Of a stretch of DNA of 64,000 bases, positions 1 to 13,100 are shown piece by piece. The notes beneath the pieces are model-generated. The model was given only the letters and a program-made list of their open reading frames with translations. It ran no database searches and was not told the origin of the DNA. Numbering within the stretch: position 1 is the first letter of the stretch; every line of letters starts with the position of its first letter. Made by a program: the position numbers and the translations under genes. The stretch is from contig JBEUKZ010000131.1 in NCBI GenBank assembly GCA_048128005.1, positions 62,001 through 126,000 on the forward strand, written 5' to 3'. The DNA comes from Veleropilina oligotropha. Its lineage: Eukaryota.

Positions 1-815
1 TTTTATTTCAATATCTAGGAATATATCTATTAATACTTAAATATGCAGCCTCTCTGTCTGTCTACCTCTCTCTATTTCACTCTCGGTACTCCGTCACGCT
101 ATAAACTCCCTGTAACTCGGGCAAAGCTAAGAGACAAAAATAGTCAGCGGCAGTTGATTGTTTGATGTGATTTTAAGTTTTTTTTCCAGTTTTAACGTCA
201 ATGCCCATGCTGGTACATGTCCATATTATTGCGAAAAAAAATAGCTTCAAATATCAGATGAAACTTACCCTACTATATCTGTTATGGACTACCATGATAA
301 CTCGGAGATCCTTGAACCAGGAGAAGCCACACTTGGCCGCCATGTGGTGTACTGGATAATTGACTTCCGAATAAATGGCCTGATCTCTGATTAAGAGGAT
401 TGGGTTCAACTCTTCTGCGGGATGTTTTCTACAATTTACTGTCACAGTGACCATAACTGGCCAGTGCTGGAGGGTTGTCCCAGGCAGCTGGTTTGTTCTG
501 TGGTACAATGGATAAGGCATGACCTGAAGTGTGTTAAATGATTCATTAAACATCCATCCATACCAAAACCGAGGCAGTCTGATGTTGTGTAAATGTTATT
601 TTAGAATGATGTTTTTCTTGTGACATAATGTGCTATCCAGGAAGTTATTTTGCGAAAATCTATTGTTATATATACTGTATATAATAGTGATAATAATACA
701 AGTTTTGCTCTACTCAGCATTCTCCTTCTCCACTGTTCTTGTACGGACTAGATCTCAGGTCCTATACATGGCAGCATGATTTCCTTGGTATATTAACTCT
801 CACTATCATGTCATT

Positions 816-3584
816 GTGCAAGGCGATGAAATTTTGCAGAAACGACCATCGACCTTGACCTATGATGAGGCAGTGATAAAGGAGATGACACCAGCTGGAT
901 ACGTCTTCTCCCATTGCCCTCGATCCACGGGTCAATCTGGTGGCGGAATTGCCTTGATCTACCAAAAGACAATTCATATAAAACGGTGTAATGTACAGTC
1001 ATTCACTACTTTTGAGAGTCTTCACTTTGTTATCTCCCATGGAAAGCACACAGTACGGTCCATTGCTGTATACAGACCCCCTCCCTCTCGTGTGAATCAG
1101 ATCAAGAATGCCACTTTTAAAGAGGAGTTTGGTTCTTTTGCGTCTTCATTAAGCAACAAGAACATTCTTATCGTGGGAGACTTTAATTTTCACTGGGATG
1201 AACCAGAAAATGGACAAACCCGCTACCTGATGCAGCTGTTTGATTCATTAAACATGACTCAGCACGTAGATCAACCTACACATCGTGGTGGACACATATT
1301 AGATTGGGTCGTGTCAAGATCTGATAAGGATGTTTTTGTTCAGTCCGTCTCTGTGGAAAATCTGTATATATCTGATCATTTTCTTGTGACATTTCAAACA
1401 AACATGTTCAGACCCGTTTCTTCAAAAAAGAAGATTCATGCTAGAAATCTAAAGAACATTGACATGGAAGCCTTTCAAAATAGCCTTCGTGTTTCTGATT
1501 TGATTAAATCGCCCCCTGAGGATGTTGAGCAGCTTGCTGCCTTGTACAACCAAACCCTCTCTAATCTTCTGGATACTTTTGCCCCTATTACTGAGAAGTA
1601 TATTAAGGATAGACCTGATTCCGTATGGTTCAGCTCAACCGTGTTGGAAGCAAAGTTGATACGACGTCTCGCTGAGAAGAAGTGGAGGAAAAGTGGTCTC
1701 GAAGTCGACAGACAGGTATATAAGACGGCAAGGAACAGGTTCTCGCAAGTGATCAGGCGTGCTAAGTCTAATCATGTGCAGTCACGTCTACAGGAGGCAA
1801 CCGCGGATTCGAGGAAGATGTTCTCTATCATTAATGATCTCCTTGGAAAGAAAGAAACGCCATCTGTGCTACCAGATTTGGACAATGAGCAGGCTGCAAA
1901 TGTCATGAGTTCGTTCTTTGTTGACAAAGTGGAAAACATCAGAAAAGGATTTGCTAGCTGTGGTGATCTGCCTGAAGTAAATAAACTGTTTGCTGGCTCC
2001 CCGTTGACTAATTTTCGTCCAGTCACTGAGGAGCAACTGAGGAAGATAATTGGCTCATCGAAGACCACTTCCTCTGTGATGGATCCCATTCCGACTAAGA
2101 TTGTGCTGGATTGTCTTGAAGTTCTGCTCCCTATCCTAGTAAAGTTGATAAACAGCAGTCTTCAATTATCAAAAGTTCCTCGGACCTTCAAAGCAGCGGC
2201 CATTAAACCCCTAATGAAGAAGACAGGTATGGATCCAAATGACTGCAAAAGTTTTCGTCCCGTCTCAAACCTACCATATGTATCCAAACTTCTTGAGAGG
2301 GTTGTTGCTAAACAGTTGGTTCACCATCTTACGTCCCATGACTTACTTGACAGTTTCCAATCTGCTTATCGTCCAGGCCACAGCTGTGAGACAGCTGTGC
2401 TCCGTGTTTTGAATGACATTCTCTGCAGTGCCGACAGCGGTGATCTAACACTTCTTGTCCTATTGGATCTTAGCGCTGCTTTTGATGTTATCAATCACGA
2501 ACTTCTCCTGTCCCGCCTTTCCAATGAAGCTGGTGTTACTGGAAGCGCTCTACAGTGGTTTCATTCATATCTGACCGATAGGACTCAGCGGGTTATTGTC
2601 AATAGCGCCTCCTCTGAAGACAGACCTTTGTGTTGCGGTGTTCCCCAGGGCTCTGTTTTAGGGCCGATTTTATTCACCGTTTACACATGTCAGCTCGGTA
2701 GAATTATCGAGGATCATGGTTTAAATCGCAAATTGTTCGCGGACGACACGGAAATGTACCAGAGTTTCCATCCGGATCCTGCCTCTGCGGATGCAGCTGT
2801 TTATGCAGTTGAGAGGTGCGCTCTCGCTGTGAAGTCATGGATGACAGCAAATAGACTGAAACTAAATGATAGTAAAACGGAGGCCATCATCTGCGGTTCT
2901 GAAGCCAACCTCCAGAAAGTTGAAATTAATTCTATCAGAGTCGGCAGCTCGGATATCATGTTGTCAGACACAGTCAGGGATCTTGGGTTTTTCATTGACA
3001 GCAGACTCAAACTAACTTATCATGTTAGTACTGTGGTCAGGTCATGCTTTTATCAACTTCGTGCCCTGGGTCGGCTGCGCCCACAACTCAACAAGAGAAC
3101 AGCAAATGCGGTGGCAGTCGCTCTCATCCAGTCTCGTTTAGACTATTGCAACAGCTGTTTGTGGGGTCTTCCTCAAAACCAGCTTCAAAGGCTTCAAAAA
3201 GTTCAGAACACTGCGGCCCGAATTGTGTCCCGGATTAAACGATCTCAACACATAACTCCAGTTCTAAGGGATTTGCACTGGCTGCCGGTAAAGAAGCGGA
3301 TCGACCACAAGCTTCTGTCACTCACCTACAGTTGTTTGGAGGGTTCTGCTCCTGTCTACCTCCAGGATCTAATTTCAAGACATGAGCCATCTCGGGCACT
3401 GCGGTCAGCTTCAAAGTCCTTACTCAAGGTTCCTGGTGCCCATAGGCATAAGAGAAAGACACTTGGAGCTCGTTCCTTTGAATGTGCAGCACCTGGCCTA
3501 TGGAACAGCCTTCCCTTATCTCTCAGGGAATGCGACTCTAAGATGTCATTTAAGAGGCAACTAAAAACATTTCTGTTTGAATAA
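816..3584 (+). CDS. LINE ORF2: apurinic-like endonuclease (N-terminus missing) plus reverse transcriptase
   Basis: APE motifs GGGIA, YRPP, VGDFN, GHILD, SDH. RT motifs FRPVSNL, QSAYR, LLDLSAAFD, GVPQGSVLGP, FADD. L2-like C-terminus HITPVLRDLHWLPV. 922 codons without a stop. Confidence 0.93.
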   Translation: MQGDEILQKRPSTLTYDEAVIKEMTPAGYVFSHCPRSTGQSGGGIALIYQKTIHIKRCNVQSFTTFESLHFVISHGKHTVRSIAVYRPPPSRVNQIKNATFKEEFGSFASSLSNKNILIVGDFNFHWDEPENGQTRYLMQLFDSLNMTQHVDQPTHRGGHILDWVVSRSDKDVFVQSVSVENLYISDHFLVTFQTNMFRPVSSKKKIHARNLKNIDMEAFQNSLRVSDLIKSPPEDVEQLAALYNQTLSNLLDTFAPITEKYIKDRPDSVWFSSTVLEAKLIRRLAEKKWRKSGLEVDRQVYKTARNRFSQVIRRAKSNHVQSRLQEATADSRKMFSIINDLLGKKETPSVLPDLDNEQAANVMSSFFVDKVENIRKGFASCGDLPEVNKLFAGSPLTNFRPVTEEQLRKIIGSSKTTSSVMDPIPTKIVLDCLEVLLPILVKLINSSLQLSKVPRTFKAAAIKPLMKKTGMDPNDCKSFRPVSNLPYVSKLLERVVAKQLVHHLTSHDLLDSFQSAYRPGHSCETAVLRVLNDILCSADSGDLTLLVLLDLSAAFDVINHELLLSRLSNEAGVTGSALQWFHSYLTDRTQRVIVNSASSEDRPLCCGVPQGSVLGPILFTVYTCQLGRIIEDHGLNRKLFADDTEMYQSFHPDPASADAAVYAVERCALAVKSWMTANRLKLNDSKTEAIICGSEANLQKVEINSIRVGSSDIMLSDTVRDLGFFIDSRLKLTYHVSTVVRSCFYQLRALGRLRPQLNKRTANAVAVALIQSRLDYCNSCLWGLPQNQLQRLQKVQNTAARIVSRIKRSQHITPVLRDLHWLPVKKRIDHKLLSLTYSCLEGSAPVYLQDLISRHEPSRALRSASKSLLKVPGAHRHKRKTLGARSFECAAPGLWNSLPLSLRECDSKMSFKRQLKTFLFE

Positions 3585-3718
3585 CAAACAAAAAAAACAG
3601 CAACAAAAAATAACTTTTATCTCATTATATTCAAATGCAACTTGGACTCAGAGCGCACCGAGCATGTTTTCATTACATGGAAGAAATGCGCTATAGAAGT
3701 GTCCATCATCATCATCAT
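820..3718 (+). mobile_element. 5'-truncated non-LTR retrotransposon (L2/CR1 group LINE) with uninterrupted ORF2 and (CAT)n tail
   Basis: ORF 816-3584 has APE and RT motifs. Short 3' UTR ends in ...gcgctatagaagtgtc(cat)5 at ~3704-3718. Both flanks belong to another interspersed repeat. Confidence 0.95.
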
Positions 3719-4400
3719 GACCCCTATGGCCTGGTTCTCTGAGATTTCAAATCGAATCCTTGTAATTTCTTTGTAGATGCATGACCCACACTTTCAATCA
3801 TGTGCAGGGTGCAAAATTTTGCAATTTTGACCTTGGCACAGTGACCTTGATAGAAAATTTCCATATTTGGTCATTTTTATATTTTATTGTTTTCTTAATT
3901 TTTTTACACCATATTTTTCCCTGAGGGTGAGTACATTGTATAACTATGTTTAGTTTTGTTCTTTGGTCAAAGATCAAGGTCACAGATGTCAAAATGTACT
4001 TTTCTGGTGCAGACTTTGTCCAGACTAGATCTCAGGTCCTGTACATGTCGACATCTTATCCGTTGGTATATGCTAACCCCCTTGTGCCATTGTGCAAGGC
4101 GGATAAATTTTCCGAAAATAACCTTTGACCTTGCCGTAATGACCTTTGACCACCAAATAGTGTCCGCCAGAAATTTGCATGTTTGACTTTTGAACTTGAC
4201 AAATCAAAAGTAAGCGTTACGTTGTATAACAATATTCCATTTGTTCTTTGGTTAAAGGTCAAGGTCACAGAGGTCAAAATATACTTTTCTGACACAGACT
4301 TTGTCTGGTCTATATCTCGAGATTTCAAATCGTATCATTCTGATTTCTTTGTAGATGCATGGCTTCAGATCACTGTTTCAAGCATGTGCAGGACAATATA
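3719..4400. repeat. Interspersed repeat rich in GGTCAAAGGTCAAGGTCA motifs (host of the LINE)
   Basis: Related blocks at 745-825, 3880-4400 and 6470-6632 share ggtcaaaggtcaaggtcacagaggtcaaaatgtactt and gactagatctcag. Confidence 0.7.
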
Positions 4401-4835
4401 ACAGTTTGTGTTTTATTATTGATTTTCAATAGGTTGTGCCTTTTGGAATTTCGTGAGGGTCTGAGTGTAGAGTGATTTATCTTAAATGAGGAGACATATG
4501 TTTTTGTTTACACAAAAACAACTCATCTAGTGTAGAGTAAGCTACAGCTCTTATGGTAATTATCGAGTTGTATTGCAGATTAAATTTATTGTAGCATGAT
4601 ATGCAAAATACATGAAAGCAATTTTCCATTCTCAAATGGCAGTAGCTCGTCAAGTGGACAGAATCACAGTTCACATTGATGTTTTTGACAGGAAGATCCA
4701 GCTTTCTGCAGATTTTAGAACAAATACTTATTAATATTGTTATTGGCATTATTTCTAATCGTTCTAATTTCTTTGTAAATCTCTGTACTTAGGCCCACTC
4801 TTCAATGTGCAGACAGGCCTGTCAACATTTGGGCA

Positions 4836-5780
4836 TTTTTAGCTCGTCTGTTTGTGAAAACATAAAGAGCTATTGTCACCACTCCGGCGTCGGCGTCGGC
4901 GTCGGCGTCTGCGTCGGCGTCGTCGGCGTCGTCCGGATTTGGTTAACCTTTGCGTTTGAGTCAGTTTTTCAGCAACTACTGGGCCTAGGTCTACCAAACT
5001 TGGCTATCACTTACTCATTGGGTGCCTCACCACAATCCACCCACTATGCTTGAATGACTTAGTAATTTTATGCTTAATTTGTGCCCTGAAATGCTGGTTA
5101 ACCTTTGCGTTCGAGTCAGTTTTTCAGCAACTGCTGGGTTCGAGTCAGTTTTTCAGCAACTGCTGGGCCTATGTCTACCAAACTTGGCTATCACTTACTC
5201 CTTGTGTGTGTCAACCCAAACCACCCACCCATGCACATCCTTGACCTACTTTTTATGCTTGAATGACTTAGTAATTTTACGTTTAATTTGTGCCCTGAAA
5301 TGCCGGTTAACCTTTGCGTTCAAGTCAGCTTTTCAGCAACTGCTGGGCCTAGGTCTACCAAACTTGCCTATCACTTACTCCTTGGGTGCCTCACCCCAAA
5401 CCACCCACCCATGCATGTCCTTGACCTACTTTTTATGCTTGAATGACTTAGTAATTTTACACTTAATTTGTGCCCTGAAATGCCGGTTAACCTTTGCGTT
5501 GGAGTCAGTTTTTCAGCAACTACTGGGCCTAGGTCTACCAAACTTGGCTATCACTTACTCCTTGGGTGCCTCACCCCAAACCACCCACCCATGCACGTCC
5601 TTTACCTACTTTTTATACCTGAATGACTTAGTAATTTTACGCTTAATTTGTGCCCTGAAATGCCGGTTAACTATGACTACACACTATAGCAGGTATTCTT
5701 AAAAGTTTGATTAACGGTATGCCTTGAAGTATTGAGGATGACGAATTAGCATTCTTTCTATGAATAGAAATGTAATTTTT
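4836..5780 (+). mobile_element. Non-autonomous Helentron/HINE-like element with internal 180-bp tandem repeats
   Basis: 5' ttttagctcgtc with imperfect inverted partner gacgaatt near 5741. (GGCGTC)n microsatellite. Units starting ccggttaac at ~5303, 5483, 5663. 3' hairpin ttctatgaatagaa. Confidence 0.6.
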
Positions 5781-7294
5781 TGGAAGAGTAAATTTATTTC
5801 TGTTGTTTACTTATGTAATATTATATGTGTACGATGAAAGGGACATGTGCTTATCTGTAAGACTTGCTCACTGCCAATAGGCACAGTAAGCTGTTAAGCT
5901 TAATGGTCACTCTGTGAAGCTGGGATTATCAAAATCAGATGGATTGATTGGATTTTGATAACTGGCTTCCCCATTGGTTTATTCCATGGGTATCTTGAAA
6001 TGGCAGTATATATTACCATTACAAGAACAGACTGTATCCAGTGTCTAATATCACTCTCTATTTAAGTCTCCTTACTGATCAGGGTTAAAATTATTGTATG
6101 ATATGATATTGTATGACAATACAGTTGTCTAAACGGAGAATTGGGCCAAGTGAGGTAAGACCACCTACAACAAGTTATTGTAAATTCAGAGAAGAGTTTG
6201 CAATTTCTCACGAATACATGACTGTATATTGCAGTCTCTAAATGGCTTCAGATACATGTCACTGAGTCATAAACCACCAGTTCTTCATCCTCGAGAAGAT
6301 GACATGCAACATACATTGTTATACTTTCCCGGACACCAGCAGATGCAAGATATTCAGGATGGTTTTGCTTTTATTTCACATTTAATATTAACAGGGCTGA
6401 TTCATGTTTTATAGCTACACATTTTGGAGGTCAAATAACAGACGAGCGTTTGCATCGTTTTGCGGTGCTCTTGTTATATTTTGTTTTCTTAATTTTTTTA
6501 CACCAAATTTCTTCCCGAGGCCACAGTGAGTACATTGTATAACAATGTTCAGTTTTGTTGTTCGGTCAAAGGTCAAGGTCACAGAGGTCAAAATGTACTT
6601 TTCTGACAAACTTTGTCCGGACTAGATCTCAGCTATTATTGGCATTTCAATAATGTACTTTTAAAGAATCAATACATTGAATTGCTCAAAGAAAAGATGA
6701 GGCAACATGTATTTGGTGTGGATGAAGAATATATATATCCACAACTGGCTGATCTTGTTCACATTTTATAGGGGCAATGACACCAAATTGGTACAGTCAG
6801 TTAATTGACTCAGTCATTGTCCATCCTTTCAGTTATAATTACATATTCATTTTATGATTGACTGTAACCATGAAAGGAAAATAAAATTATTATTATTATT
6901 ATTATTGATTCTTAAGGTTGATTATCGTGATATTAATTAATTTCAATGAAGGTACAAAATTCAACTTCTCAGGCACATTTAGTTGTTTATCAAACAAAGA
7001 AAATACATCATTAATTTTGTTCATGATTAATTGATTGAAAGTCTTGCAATAAATATAACTGTCTATTAATTTGACTAATTCTTTTTATGAAAAAATACTT
7101 TTATTCGACCATATATTATATCATGTCTATGACATCAAATTTAACATTGAATTTCATTTCATTGGTTTTTATTGTAATTTTTAAATTGAGATATTGAAGT
7201 TATTAACCGTTGCAATAAAATGTACTAATATTAAATTTACTTTTATTAAAATATTTATGAAGACATTTTAATGCAAATTAAATAAAAAATAGCA

Positions 7295-7860
7295 CTAAAT
7301 ATAAAAATAGATAACACAGTATATGTTACACATTCTGGGGTAATTGGTGTACTCTACAGTTTGTTTGTGGATGGCCAGTGTCCAGCTGTGGGCTGCTGTC
7401 CAGTATATATTGATAGCTTCCCTGCCCAGGCTATTGGCTCCTGAACACACTATCTGCTTCCTGAATATACCATGGACCAACACCTCCAGGGACCCAGCTG
7501 CAGGAACCATATCTGTTTACCCTGGCAGAGCCAACAGCCTTATTTGGGAGAGCCTGTACCCTTGGTTCTATGGGGAGAGCTGCAGGGCTATACCAATTCC
7601 CTCCTGTAGGGTTGATGGCTTCACTTCCAATTACAGAATGGCCTTTGTGATTATAATTACTGTTAAATAGCGATCAATCATGCAGGTTTGTCACCAGGAA
7701 TGATTGCAGCAATGGCATTTCAGGTTAATATCACTGGCGACCTGGATATCAAATATCATTACCAACAATGGCGAGCTTGACCCACCTATTGTGAGCTGCA
7801 GTTGAACTGTCCCTCCGCCTGCCAGTATAAACAGCGTTTCCTACTACTGTGATTCAGAAA
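7295..7860 (+). promoter_or_regulatory. Putative muscle-type promoter of the titin-like gene
   Basis: MEF2-like CTAAATATAA 7295-7304; E-boxes CAGCTG 7383 and 7495, CAGTTG 7799; perfect CArG CCTTATTTGG 7538-7547; TATAAA 7826; Inr-like TCAG with A at 7856, 30 nt after the TATA. Confidence 0.5.
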
Positions 7861-7998
7861 GTGTGTGTTGTTAAGAGCCGTACCCGTAGCTGCATGCATG
7901 CCTATTAATTTATAAGGTCCTTTGCTTAAATCGGTGTAAAATTCAAATTTTTCGATTTCAAAACAAATTCGTGTTATGATTATTGATACAAAGTCATC

Positions 7999-8115
7999 AT
8001 GTCAGACGATGTATCCGAATTTACGGAACTCTCGGAAATACCCCCCGCCACCACGACGATCAGCACCGTGGCAATCCAGGCCGGCCGAGCCAAGATCGTG
8101 CTCGCTATACTCAGA
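7999..8115 (+). CDS. Exon 1 (MSDDVSEFTELSEIPPATTTISTVAIQAGRAKIVLAILR)
   Basis: ATG at 7999, donor AGA|gtaagt, phase 0. Resembles the CCDC141 N-terminal TTTVSSVAVQAG..KIV motif (from recall). Confidence 0.85.
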
Positions 8116-10155
8116 GTAAGTCAACACTAAATTAAAATCGATATGATTTTTATTTAAAAAATATTTTTATGTCTCATTTATTATGATATTTCAATAGTAA
8201 AGTAAACTTAAATGTCTCTCTAATTGTAATTGTCTCTCTAATTATAATTGACCTCTTTCTGTTCAAATTTTAATTGGTTTGTAAATAGTAATTAATATTT
8301 AAAATTGTTTACAAACTGTTTAGTCTTGATTTATTCTACGTATTATGTATGTGCATTGTAAATTATAAAAGTATAAGAAAATTTAAGTACATATATGACA
8401 GTACGTTATTAACGTTGACATAATTATTTACTTGATGTAATATTGATATTAAATGTTGTCATACCAGATATAACGGAAAATAAATGATACTGCCTTTTAG
8501 TATTCAGTGAGTTTCATTGTTATATAACTTATTGTTGCGATGCCTAAACTTTGACATAATTTGATAAATAATATAAAATGTAAGTGTTAAATAAGTGAAG
8601 AAGTGTTAATTTAGTGTCTTGTGTAGTTACTTTATTACAAGTGAACTGTATTAATCCTGTGTCATAAATATTACTGCAACAGTATTGATTTGCGCGTCCC
8701 AATTGCCTAGCAAATTGTGATAAATGATCAGGCTTCTAAATGGGTGATAAATAGTTTATAGATCAATAAAATAATTAGTTTTCTTTTGTCGTACTTGTAC
8801 ATGACCATTTCGGGGCAAAACATAAGTATACATGGTTCGCACAACCTTGAAAAGTACTTGAATTTGACCGTCTATAATGAAAAGTGCTTGAATTTGAAAA
8901 TAACCTTGACAAGTCCTTGAATATGACCAAACAGTCTTGAATAGTCCTTGAATATCATCATGGTAACTATTTAAATATTTTGGCATTCCTATGTCTTAGT
9001 TATATTTATTAACTTTATGGTACTTGCGTCTGTTTTCGTTCGCGGTGAAGTCGGTCACCATTTATCTGGACAGATTTACATTTGGACAGAATAAATAGAT
9101 TCGGAAATCTTTCGGAAATCTTCGATTTTTGTGAATGTCAAGTTTAACACTAACTCGTTGATTTCCGTTGAGTCTCGGAACTAGTAGATAATGGCGAAAA
9201 CAGTCTGACATTGAAGACAATAAAAGTTGTCTCCCTTGACCGACAATTGATGTGTTTATTCGATTTTATTCGCGAAATATGAAGGAAATTTTGTCAATAA
9301 CGTGTAAATAATATAATTTTAATCAACAATTTACAGCGGATATGGCAGGATATGCGTTTTTAATAGAAATTGGCTTGCGCAGGTGGAATATGCATCGTGG
9401 ATACGGGAAGTAAAAACTGACAAACATAAAGCCATGTGCGCGTTGTGCAACAAAACGATCGACATTGCTAAAATGGGCGAACGTGCACTGAAGTTGCACC
9501 AAAAATTTTTATAATCATTTTTAATTCAAGTTTAATACGAAGTTGAATAATGTGCCTTTTATTCATGTACTTATAATTATCACTGTTCCAAGTTGCATAT
9601 ATCAGATACATTATATATTGATTTGCATTGAAAAAAATAGTCCTTGAAAATTTTTGTGAAGTCCTTGAATAGTCCTTGAAAAGTCCTTGAATTTCATGTG
9701 GCTATTTTTGTACGAACCATGGTATATATATATATATATATATATAAAGTCGATATATATGAACTTTGATTTACAAATTCATAGTGTGGCTTTGCTATAA
9801 TAACGATTTCAATTTTCATTGATTAATTTGATTTGAATTATCCATGATTATCCATGATTATCCATGATTATCCATGATTATCCATGATTATCCATGATTA
9901 TCCATGATTATCCATGATTATCCATGATTATCCATGATTATCCATGATTATCCATGATTATCCATGATTATCCATGATTATCCATGATTATCCATGATTA
10001 TCCATGATTATCCATGATTATGCTAGGTAACAAATATCCGTATAATCTAGTAATAATCTATTCATGTGATATCGGTAATACCGTATACAATTCAAGACCT
10101 TTGTGGATAGATCATTAGATGCGACACTGATCTATAAATGTGGAACACTTGTAGT

Positions 10156-10186
<31 letters not shown>

Positions 10187-13100
10187 GACTGATAACAGGT
10201 AAATATTAAAATTATAATGCAATACTGTAGTGTAAAGTGGGCATGGTTATGTCCCTTTGTTTTTGTGAAGATCGAACAGCCGGCCGGTTAGTGTCAATAA
10301 TTATGGTGGTACCCACCTACAAAATTTCACGTTAGCTTTCATGAAACAATTGCGTATAATTTTACGTGCTCAGATGTAATTAAGTACCCTGATTAAATTT
10401 GAAATTTATGTACAGTGTGTAAGGTCTCTCCAGACTTCCTGTCTTCACATCCTCATGCACCTTGTCCAGCTCTATCCACTGGAGAGCTTATTGGTATTAA
10501 GTACTGCTAATATTTACGTCCTACTGAACTATGAAGCTTAGGTTGAGTGCCAAAACAGATTTCCGATTCCTCGATCCACGTTTGATATCGTTCAATGTTC
10601 TTTTATATTTTGTATCATAATGGAGATCATTGGACTAGTTTTTTTATTGAATATTTAATTGAAATGAAATTTGCTACATAAAATGCTTTTAAGTTTAACA
10701 GTGTAATATTAAGTTCCATAAATATTATATCGGGACTCTTTTATTTACCGGTATTTCCGTTTTTTGCAAATATGAATGACCTCATTGCTAGAGAATTTTT
10801 CCTTATTATTGAAGCTGCATATATAATGTGTGGGTATCAGTTAACTGTTGAGACGTTTCATCTGGCCTGTCTTGATCTCCCATGAATCATCAGCTATCTG
10901 ACGCACATCCCTCCACCCTGCCTCTGAATGCCCCTGCTTGGATCGCACCACTCAGTGAGAAACATAGCCCCACAGACTCGTTCTGGAATCATTCCGGATA
11001 AGTTAGATCATATCGTGCAGATCATAAATCCACAGAAAGCCTCTTTTCGTAACACAGTTCGTATTCATATAAACAACTTTCTGGCATTTATCTAAAATGG
11101 TGTTTCTAGGTAGCTAGGCTACTTGATTGTTTGCCAAGAATTTCATGATGTGCTTGCAAGCAAGATGCCATATTGAGTTACCAGGGGTCCATCAATATAT
11201 TTACTTGTAACTGAACATGTGATCAACAATGATAGTCTGCTTCAACATAATGTGCATTGGGTTAAGCAGTTAAAATACATATCCCAGAAGGCAAATTAGG
11301 TACCGGTACTTTCGTAACTGTGCTGGCTAAACCACGTTAAATGCACCGGTTCTCCCCAACCACCTGAATCAGCGTGATCACCAATCTTTTTGATTAGATG
11401 GACGTTAGGGTTCCGACTAGACCTTATTTAGAATTGTTCTGTTACTAGAGAAGGTTCTGGTTCCATCTTCAATATTTATCCCGGAGGGATATTGAGATGG
11501 ATCCAATGTCATCAGCTGGACCATTGTAATGATTTTCAAGCAGTCGTGTCCAAAAATAAAATAATAGGTTAATGACTATGCTTTTTCGATTTAAGCTGAA
11601 AGATTACATTAATGTTTTAGCTATTATCCGGAACAAATGATTTCCAGTATATGCGCAATACTCATTATATTGGGTATACCCAGTGTACCAGTATATGCCC
11701 AATACCCATTATATTGGGATACCCAGTGTACCAGTATATGCGCAATACTCATTATATTGGGTATACCCAGTGTACCAGTATATGCCCATTACCCATTATA
11801 TTGGGTATTCCCAGTGTACCAGTATATGCCCATTACCCATTATATTGGGTTTACCCAGTGTACAGCCAAGATGAAATGAATAATGGGATACCTAACAAAT
11901 TTGCATAATATTTAGATAATTAAGAGAGATTTAAAATAATAATATAATAAATATAATCATAATTTCAATTAAGTATATCAATAGATATAGACTATATTAT
12001 AGTTAGAGTGAAAAGTTACATATATATGAGAAACAATAAAATTATGACCATTGAAATTCTTTGGTCAATAGTTATAAATATTTGTAAATACTCAAACCAT
12101 ATTATATCAAGACACCAAATGACATTTTCCTCTCAGTTTGCCAGTCAAATAACTTGTCTATTTCATTTGTTACCATATGATAAAGCTTTCCAAGTATACA
12201 AAAAATGGAAAATATCAGCAAATCAAATATCATTAAGTGGTGCAGGTTTTGCTCTCCCAAGGGCGTTGGAATCTGGAAAGCATATGGTAACCATAGAAAC
12301 ATGCCCCCATGGTATTGTGAAGAGGTCACATGTTGACTATTATCTATGCAGGGTGTTAGCTCTCTCCATTGTTGTGTGTCCTTAAATGTAAGTTCAAGAT
12401 ACGTATTACATTTTCAGACACATTTTGGGACATAACAGCAGTGTTCCATCTTTAACGATGAAATCTGACGGTTCATGAACATTTGTACATGTATTTCATG
12501 TTGCATTTAGTAATAGATATCAATGAATTTGCCTTTTGTTAATTAATTTTCAATATTTAATGGTTGATATTTGTCGTGTCCAGTTGATCTATAAGTTATA
12601 TCTTTGGGAACTAGTAAAATTAAAGAATACATTTAAGAAAGTGCATTTCAGAAATTAATGCATTCAAAATTCTTTTGAAAATGGAGAATGGTCAGCTAGG
12701 TTACTGGTTTGTTCCGTTAGATTCGATGCTTCAGATCCTATATGAACACCCTTCAGATCCTATATGAACACCCTTCAGATCCTATATGAACACCCTTTAG
12801 ATCCTATATTAACACCCTTCAGATCCTATATTAACACCCTTCTGATCCTATATTAACACCCTTCAGATCCTATATGAACACCCTTCAGGTCCTATATGAA
12901 CACCCTTCAGATCCTATATGAACACCCTTCAGATCCTCTATGAACACCCTTCAGATCCTATATTAACACCCTTCAGATCCTATATTAACACCCTTCAGAT
13001 CCTATATGAACAACCTTCAGATCCTATATGAACACCCTTCAGATCCTATATGAACACCCTTCAGATCCTATATGAACACCCTTCAGATCCTATATTAACA

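Noticed and set aside
816..818. GTG as the start codon of LINE ORF2
   Set aside because: Lies in host-repeat sequence; the element is 5'-truncated.
5070..5702. 210-aa ORF
   Set aside because: Translation of 180-bp internal repeats of a non-autonomous element.
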